This document shows positions 35,824 through 40,673 of a DNA stretch of 40,673 nt, in pieces. Source of the DNA: a virus; UHGV virus genome UHGV-1386588; one strand, 5' to 3'. Both the position numbers and the translations under genes were made by a program. Positions within the stretch are counted from its first letter, which is position 1. Each line of letters starts with the position of its first letter. Below the pieces are notes generated by a model. The model did no database searches. It was not told where the DNA came from and worked only from the letters and a program-made list of their open reading frames with translations.

Positions 35824-36091
35824 CCAAGTACCAAGAGGTGTCTGCGGCTTCGGAAACCAGTACGTAATAGCTTTGCTTTACACTACTAGCTATACCTCTG
35901 ACTTCCTCTCTAACGTTATATGCAGTTGATGTTTTTACGGTTGTATATTCAGCTGTTGGGAGGTTAAACCAAGTGCCATTACCATCCTGTATCTCACGCG
36001 AATAACCCTTTGCTTTCATCTTTTCATGAAGATTTTCATAGTCTTCAGAATCAGCGCCGCGCAACTCAACTCGAACAATATATCTTGCCAT
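35813..36091 (-). CDS. hypothetical 92-aa protein, antisense to the early-left operon (moron candidate)
   Basis: Start at ATG 36089-36091 (MARYIVRVELRG...) with AGGAAT RBS; predicted alternating beta/alpha elements; the long ORF-track version (139 aa) begins at an upstream codon; upstream region carries a duplicated 12-mer. Confidence 0.55.
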   Translation of the reverse strand: MARYIVRVELRGADSEDYENLHEKMKAKGYSREIQDGNGTWFNLPTAEYTTVKTSTAYNVREEVRGIASSVKQSYYVLVSEAADTSWYLAKK

Positions 36092-36205
36092 AAGAAGATT
36101 CCTATATTGACTGTGGAATGAGCAACATATCAGTTTCCTTTGACTGTGGAAAGCAAAGGGACACGGGCCGGGCGTGGATAAAAATCCCGGCACCAACCAT
36201 CGCAA

Positions 36206-36229
36206 AGCCGCCACCTGAGCGGCTTTTTT
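36206..36229 (+). terminator. rho-independent terminator in the early-left leader (tL1-like)
   Basis: Stem AGCCGC / GCGGCT (loop CACCTGA) followed by TTTTTT. Confidence 0.7.
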
Positions 36230-36362
36230 CATACCTAAGAAACTTCGCAGAGGTTTCTAAGTTATGAGACGGCGGCCATCCACCGCCCATTGAAACACTG
36301 AATAAATGCGTTGAAGTCTTGTATTAACCGTTCCGTTCGCCGCGATAAGGCCAAGAGGATTT

Positions 36363-36572
36363 ATGAGTGATTTGGAGTTGGGCTTAAAGATATACGCATT
36401 ATGGTTTGTCGGGACGTTTCTGCTCGGCATAGCAATCAACTCGCTGACGAAAAAAGAACATCGCCAGCCAATTTCAAAACTAGCCATTGACCATGTACGC
36501 ATGTCTTCCGCAATAACCATTGTGGGCCTGATTGTGTGCGGTATGGTCTGGTTCTTATTCAAGGTGGTGTGA
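36363..36572 (+). CDS. small two-helix membrane protein
   Basis: 69 aa; strong RBS AAGAGGA; hydrophobic helices IYALWFVGTFLLGIAI and ITIVGLIVCGMVWFLF. Confidence 0.6.
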   Translation: MSDLELGLKIYALWFVGTFLLGIAINSLTKKEHRQPISKLAIDHVRMSSAITIVGLIVCGMVWFLFKVV

Positions 36573-36573
36573 G

Positions 36574-36732
36574 ATGACAGTCACCCACAACGGCAAGCAG
36601 TACACCGACAAAAAGCTCAACGATAACGAGTGGCAGCTGACGTCGGTATCGGCACCGCGCGACAAGCTGACGCTGAACCGCCAACAGATGAATATCGCTG
36701 GCCTCCTGGAACAGGTTGAGGTGAAGGTATGA
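36574..36732 (+). CDS. small hypothetical protein
   Basis: 52 aa from ATG 36574 with AAGGTGGTG RBS, translationally coupled to both neighbours. Confidence 0.5.
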   Translation: MTVTHNGKQYTDKKLNDNEWQLTSVSAPRDKLTLNRQQMNIAGLLEQVEVKV

Positions 36733-36869
36733 TCAATCATCACCTGCTGCGCGCCGCGCAGAGCAAAGCAGCCATTGCCCTGTTTATCGGTGATGGCGCC
36801 ATGTGGATGGCAGCCTACGACGAAATGAAGGTTGCCATCGGTTATCCGTGGCATAGAAAAACAGCCTAA
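36729..36869 (+). CDS. kil: Kil-like small protein (putative FtsZ inhibitor)
   Basis: Not in the ORF track (<60 aa). 46 aa MINHHLLRAAQSKAAIALFIGDGAMWMAAYDEMKVAIGYPWHRKTA; the IA(L/T)FIGD core and size resemble lambda Kil as I recall it; sits upstream of bet/exo. Confidence 0.5.
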   Translation: MINHHLLRAAQSKAAIALFIGDGAMWMAAYDEMKVAIGYPWHRKTA

Positions 36870-36939
36870 TTCCCCTATTCAACCGATCGGCCTGGCTAAA
36901 AGCGGGCGGGATCTGCACATCCAAATTTCAGGAGAAACC

Positions 36940-37911
36940 ATGAGCGAAGTAATGGACTTAACTGTCATCGAAATCACGCCGGAGCAGGCGCCAGCGCTTT
37001 ACGTAGCGGGCGGCCTTGACGCTTACCTCGAGCAAATCCGCCAGGCAGTAAACGAAGTGCCGGACCTGTCAACGAAGAAAGGCCGTGACCGTGTCGCCTC
37101 TCTGGCGGCGCAGGTGTCGCGCAGCAAGACGGCAATCGAAAAGCCGGGGCGTGAGTACCTGAAGCGCCTGAAAGAGGCTGTGCGCCCCGCTGAGGCGGAA
37201 ATTAAGCGTTTCGTTGATGCCTGCGACGAGCTACGTGATGCCACCCGCCGCCCACTCACCGAATGGGAAGCCGAGCAGGAGCGCATTAAGGCTGAAGAAG
37301 CCATGAACGCGTTGCACGCCGAAGCGCTGGAAATGAACATCAAGTTCGATCAGGAGTTGGCGGCCAAGTTCGAAGCAGACCACGAAATGGCTCTGCTGAT
37401 GAACAAGGATTTCGACCGTGACCGCGAAGAGCAGCGCCGCCAGGCGGAACAGGCTCAACGTGAGCATGAAGAGCGCATTAAGAGTGAAGCGGCAGAGCAA
37501 GCCCGACGCGATGCCGAAGCGAAGCACAAAGCAGAGATTGAAGCCGCAGCGCGCCGTGAAGCTGAAGAGAAAGCTCGCGCTGAACTGGCGGAGCGCCAGC
37601 GCATTGAAGCGGAACAGCGTGCGGCACGCGAGAAGCAGGAAGCAGAAGCCCGGGCAGAACGCGAAAAAGCCGCGGCAGTGGAAGCTGAGCGCCTGAAGGC
37701 AAAACAGGCCGAAGATGCTCGCCTGGCCGAAGAGAAGCGCCTCGCCGATGAACAGGCAAAGCGCGAAGCTGACGTGAAGCACCGCAAGACGGTCGGCACC
37801 AACATCGTTAACGCGCTCACCAGCCACACCAGCTTAACCCGCGAACAGGCTATCGAAGTGCTCACCGCACTTAAAGACGACCTAATCCCCTGCGCAAAAA
37901 TTCATTACTGA
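36940..37911 (+). CDS. coiled-coil E/R/A-rich protein (function unassigned)
   Basis: Start at ATG 36940 with CAGGAGAAACC RBS; about 200 residues of charged ERA-rich heptad-like sequence (EAEARAEREKAAAVEAERLKAKQAE...). Confidence 0.6.
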   Translation: MSEVMDLTVIEITPEQAPALYVAGGLDAYLEQIRQAVNEVPDLSTKKGRDRVASLAAQVSRSKTAIEKPGREYLKRLKEAVRPAEAEIKRFVDACDELRDATRRPLTEWEAEQERIKAEEAMNALHAEALEMNIKFDQELAAKFEADHEMALLMNKDFDRDREEQRRQAEQAQREHEERIKSEAAEQARRDAEAKHKAEIEAAARREAEEKARAELAERQRIEAEQRAAREKQEAEARAEREKAAAVEAERLKAKQAEDARLAEEKRLADEQAKREADVKHRKTVGTNIVNALTSHTSLTREQAIEVLTALKDDLIPCAKIHY

Positions 37912-37918
37912 GGCAACC

Positions 37919-38200
37919 ATGAACGCATACCTCACTTACGACCGCATCGAAGATCGGCGCTGGGTTGAGCAGCAGCTCACCGACGAGAAGGAGAAGTGGA
38001 TCGACGACCGGGCGAAAGAACTGATCGCCATGTTCCCGAAATATGCTTTGCAAATGAGTAGCCTGTTTCTCCCAAAAGAAGCGCAAATGGCACTAGTCGG
38101 TGAAAAGGCAGAGGAAGCCTATAACGACTATGTCACACGCATCTGTTACGACCGCGCCGAAGAAGAGTGGGATCGCCTTCATCCAACCTGCCCGTTTTAA
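37919..38200 (+). CDS. hypothetical protein
   Basis: 93 aa, ATG at 37919 with GAGG RBS, directly upstream of bet. Confidence 0.5.
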   Translation: MNAYLTYDRIEDRRWVEQQLTDEKEKWIDDRAKELIAMFPKYALQMSSLFLPKEAQMALVGEKAEEAYNDYVTRICYDRAEEEWDRLHPTCPF

Positions 38201-38217
38201 CTTTGAGGGATTTAACA

Positions 38218-38964
38218 ATGAGTACTGCACTTTCCACCATGGCCGGGAAACTGGCCGCTCGCCTCGGCATGGATGCCGGTACAGACCTGATGAATACGCT
38301 GAAGAACACAGCATTTAAAGGTGGCAACGTCACGGACGAGCAATTTACAGCCCTGCTAATCGTCGCCAACCAGTACGGCCTGAACCCATGGACAAAAGAG
38401 ATTTATGCCTTCCCAGATAAAGGCGGGATTGTCCCGGTCGTCGGCGTTGATGGATGGGCTCGCATTATCAACGAGCATCCTCAGTTTGACGGCATGGAGT
38501 TCTCTTACGACAAGGAGGAAGGCGCGTGTACCTGCAAGATTTACCGCAAAGACCGTAAGCACCCGACCATCGTCACCGAGTACATGGGAGAGTGCAAACG
38601 CAACACTCAGCCATGGCAGTCCCACCCTACCCGCATGCTTCGCCACAAGACGCTGATCCAGTGCGCGCGTCTGGCCTTTGGTTTCGCTGGCATCTTCGAC
38701 CAGGATGAGGCAGAGCGAGTAATTGAAGGAACAACGGCAGAGGTTCATGCGGGCCATGAATCAGATAGCCGCCGCCCGGAACTGATCGCAAAAGGTGAGT
38801 CCGCCGCGCGCCTTGGAACCGTTAAGTATCAGGAGTTCTGGGTGGCGCTGAGCGCCGAAGAGAAACAGGTGATCGGCGCAGTTGAGAAACGACGCATGTA
38901 TGACATGAGTCTTGCTGTCGACAACGCCGAACCTGTCAATGTCGCAGAGACGGAGGCTGAATGA
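38218..38964 (+). CDS. bet: single-strand annealing recombinase Bet (lambda Red-beta)
   Basis: Start at ATG 38218; N-terminus MSTALSTMAGKLAARLGMD and core LIVANQYGLNPWTKEIYAFPDK...GIVPVVGVDGW...RMLRHKTLIQCARLAFGFAGI almost match lambda Bet as I recall it. Confidence 0.92.
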   Translation: MSTALSTMAGKLAARLGMDAGTDLMNTLKNTAFKGGNVTDEQFTALLIVANQYGLNPWTKEIYAFPDKGGIVPVVGVDGWARIINEHPQFDGMEFSYDKEEGACTCKIYRKDRKHPTIVTEYMGECKRNTQPWQSHPTRMLRHKTLIQCARLAFGFAGIFDQDEAERVIEGTTAEVHAGHESDSRRPELIAKGESAARLGTVKYQEFWVALSAEEKQVIGAVEKRRMYDMSLAVDNAEPVNVAETEAE

Positions 38965-39578
38965 TAGAGCAACGCACCCCTGAATGGTTTGCTGCGCGCT
39001 GCGGCAAGGTCACAGCCAGTCGCCTGGCTGATGTCATGGCCCGGACTAAGTCGGGCTACTCCACCAGCCGCCAGAACTACATGGCCGAGCTGATTTGCCA
39101 ACGGCTAACCGGGAAGCTGGAGGAAGGGTTTTCGAATGCCGCGATGATGCGCGGCACTGAACTTGAGCCAGTGGCACGCGAAATGTACGCGCTGAATGAG
39201 TTCAATGCGGCAATCACTGAAGTTGGGCTCATCGATCACCCAACCATACCCGGATTCGCAGCCAGCCCGGACGGACTTGTCAACGACGACGGGCTTATCG
39301 AAATCAAATGCCCCAACACCTGGACCCATCTTGAAACGCTGAAAACTGGTGAGCCAAAGCGCCAGTACATGCTGCAAATGCATGCACAGATGATGTGCAC
39401 CGGGCGGAAATGGTGTGATTTCGTTAGTTTCGATGATCGCCTGCCGCCTGACCTCGCCTATTTCAAGAAGCGGATTCATTTCGATGAAGAGCTGGCGCGC
39501 GAAATCGAATCTGAGGTTAAGAGCTTCCTTGCAGATCTGGAATCGGAAATTCAGAAAATCACAGAGCGTGCAGCATGA
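38961..39578 (+). CDS. exo: recombination exonuclease (YqaJ/lambda-Exo-type)
   Basis: 205 aa; start overlaps the bet stop (ATGA); KVTAS...ASPDG...EIKCP spacing of PD-(D/E)xK YqaJ-like exonucleases; bet-exo pairing. Confidence 0.75.
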   Translation: MIEQRTPEWFAARCGKVTASRLADVMARTKSGYSTSRQNYMAELICQRLTGKLEEGFSNAAMMRGTELEPVAREMYALNEFNAAITEVGLIDHPTIPGFAASPDGLVNDDGLIEIKCPNTWTHLETLKTGEPKRQYMLQMHAQMMCTGRKWCDFVSFDDRLPPDLAYFKKRIHFDEELAREIESEVKSFLADLESEIQKITERAA

Positions 39579-40003
39579 AACGCACACCATTTTACCGCAG
39601 GCCAGGGCGCACCGGGCAATTCTCCGGCCTTCGTGAGCGCGTTATCTGGATGATTCAGACGCGCGGCCGCCCGGTAACCGGCAGCGAAATCGCTGAGAAG
39701 TTTGGCGTAACGCTCATCGAGTTTAACCGGGTAGCCAACGGTATTACCCGCGGCTCCGGACAGATAGCGCATATCGTTGAGTCGGAAAAGTGGATCAACG
39801 GGGACGGCATCTGCGACCGGACTTTCGACCTGGTCACGAAGCCGAAGGTTGTGACGCCGCAGGGCAAATCGCGCCTGTTCACCCGGCGCGCCATTGAGCA
39901 ATCGCAGGAAGGTAGACGGCAGGAGTGCATAGCCCGTGCCGCCCGCCGTAGCCGCCTGATTGCTCAGGGCCTCTACATCGACGAAATGGAGTCCATCCTA
40001 TGA
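39575..40003 (+). CDS. hypothetical protein with possible winged-helix segment
   Basis: 142 aa, ATG overlaps the exo stop; RPVTGSEIAEKFGVT resembles a wHTH recognition helix; basic C-terminus. Confidence 0.5.
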   Translation: MKRTPFYRRPGRTGQFSGLRERVIWMIQTRGRPVTGSEIAEKFGVTLIEFNRVANGITRGSGQIAHIVESEKWINGDGICDRTFDLVTKPKVVTPQGKSRLFTRRAIEQSQEGRRQECIARAARRSRLIAQGLYIDEMESIL

Positions 40004-40158
40004 CTCACGCTCACGACGACATCAGGGTTGGCACACTGCGCCTTCCCTGGCTCAAAGAGAAAAACGGATGGTTGCTGCCGTGGGGTGATGTCGTTACCAA
40101 CCCACTGAAGGCGCAACGACTGGCTGAAGAACTTAACGAAAAGCAGGTGGCAGCATGA
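40000..40158 (+). CDS. small hypothetical protein (52 aa)
   Basis: Not in the ORF track (<60 aa). ATG at 40000 overlaps the upstream stop; its TGA overlaps the dam ATG (ATGA). Confidence 0.4.
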   Translation: MTHAHDDIRVGTLRLPWLKEKNGWLLPWGDVVTNPLKAQRLAEELNEKQVAA

Positions 40159-40673
40159 ATTACGGATTTGTAAGTGTTTGCGTTGAGCAATTCAATGAAG
40201 CGGTTAAGCTGCCACCCGCACACAATCCAGCATCACGAATTTGGCAGCGCCCGTTCCTTAAATGGGCTGGCGGCAAATATTCGCTGCTGCCGGAACTGGA
40301 TCGCCTGATCCCCGCAGGGAAACGCCTTATTGAGCCTTTTGTGGGTGGCGGCTCGGTGTTCCTTAACTCAGACAAGCACGAACGCTTTCTCCTGTATCAG
40401 ATGCTGGGTGTGGTCCCCGACTCGGTGATCTATGAGGCAATGAAGGCATTCAGGCATCTGAATGATGCCGAAAACTACACGGTAATTCGTGAAGCATTCA
40501 ACGCGCAGCGGCTGGATGCGGTCGAGCGCGCAGCAGCGTTCCTTTACCTCAACCGGCACTGCTTCAACGGGCTGATCCGTTATAACCTGGACGGTTTTTT
40601 TAACGTCGGCTTTGGGAAATATAAAGCGCCATATTTCCCGGAAGAAGAGATCAGGGCATTTAAGCGGAAGGCT
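40155..40673 (+). CDS. dam: DNA adenine methyltransferase (Dam-type, GATC family), 3'-truncated by the window edge
   Basis: FLKWAGGKYSLLPEL...LIEPFVGGGSVFLN (AdoMet motif I) and AAFLYLNRHCFNGLIRYNLDGFFNVGFGKYKAPYFPEEE closely parallel E. coli Dam; runs to the window end with no stop. Confidence 0.85.
   Translation, partial: MNYGFVSVCVEQFNEAVKLPPAHNPASRIWQRPFLKWAGGKYSLLPELDRLIPAGKRLIEPFVGGGSVFLNSDKHERFLLYQMLGVVPDSVIYEAMKAFRHLNDAENYTVIREAFNAQRLDAVERAAAFLYLNRHCFNGLIRYNLDGFFNVGFGKYKAPYFPEEEIRAFKRKA

Noticed and set aside
35813-36232. Extended 139-aa version of the antisense small gene
   Set aside because: The upstream 47 residues are Cys/Pro-rich with no start context and would run through the duplicated 12-mer and hairpin region; the internal ATG at 36091 has an RBS and gives a compact 92-aa protein.
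37023-37865. Several long minus-strand ORFs (37023..37343, 37231..37827, 37455..37865, 37478..37759) inside the coiled-coil gene
   Set aside because: They lie antisense to a well-supported plus-strand gene with RBS and coupled neighbours; their translations are low-complexity Ala/Arg/Ser/Leu strings typical of reverse-strand reading of GC-rich repetitive codons.

Overview
This window is almost an entire lambdoid prophage, lying reverse-complemented relative to the usual lambda map, with an e14/Mu-like contractile tail. From left to right: a Pin/Gin-type serine invertase and its ~1.8 kb invertible tail-fibre segment (two convergent fibre-tip + assembly cassettes between 26-bp inverted repeats); a Mu/P2-like baseplate module interrupted by an AT-rich lipoprotein moron; tape measure, a tail chaperone with a -1 frameshift signature, tube and sheath; head genes (major capsid, scaffold/protease-like, Mu F-like, portal); terminase small and large subunits; a lambda-type lysis cassette (S, R, Rz/Rz1); Q antiterminator; a nin region (rusA, ninE, ninB, a DUF1364-like protein and a papain-like peptidase); replication genes (O-like with iterons, DnaB-like helicase); the immunity region (ydaT-like and cro-like genes divergent from a cI/S24 repressor, with TTTAGC-N5-GCTAAA operators on both sides); and an early-left operon (kil-like, bet, exo) ending in a truncated Dam methyltransferase. 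All calls come from reading the six-frame translations, start/stop context, and remembered family motifs; no database search was run. The loci I would look at first are the lipoprotein/DUF4236-like moron in the baseplate cluster, the antisense small-gene pair in the pL leader, and the C39-like peptidase in the nin region.
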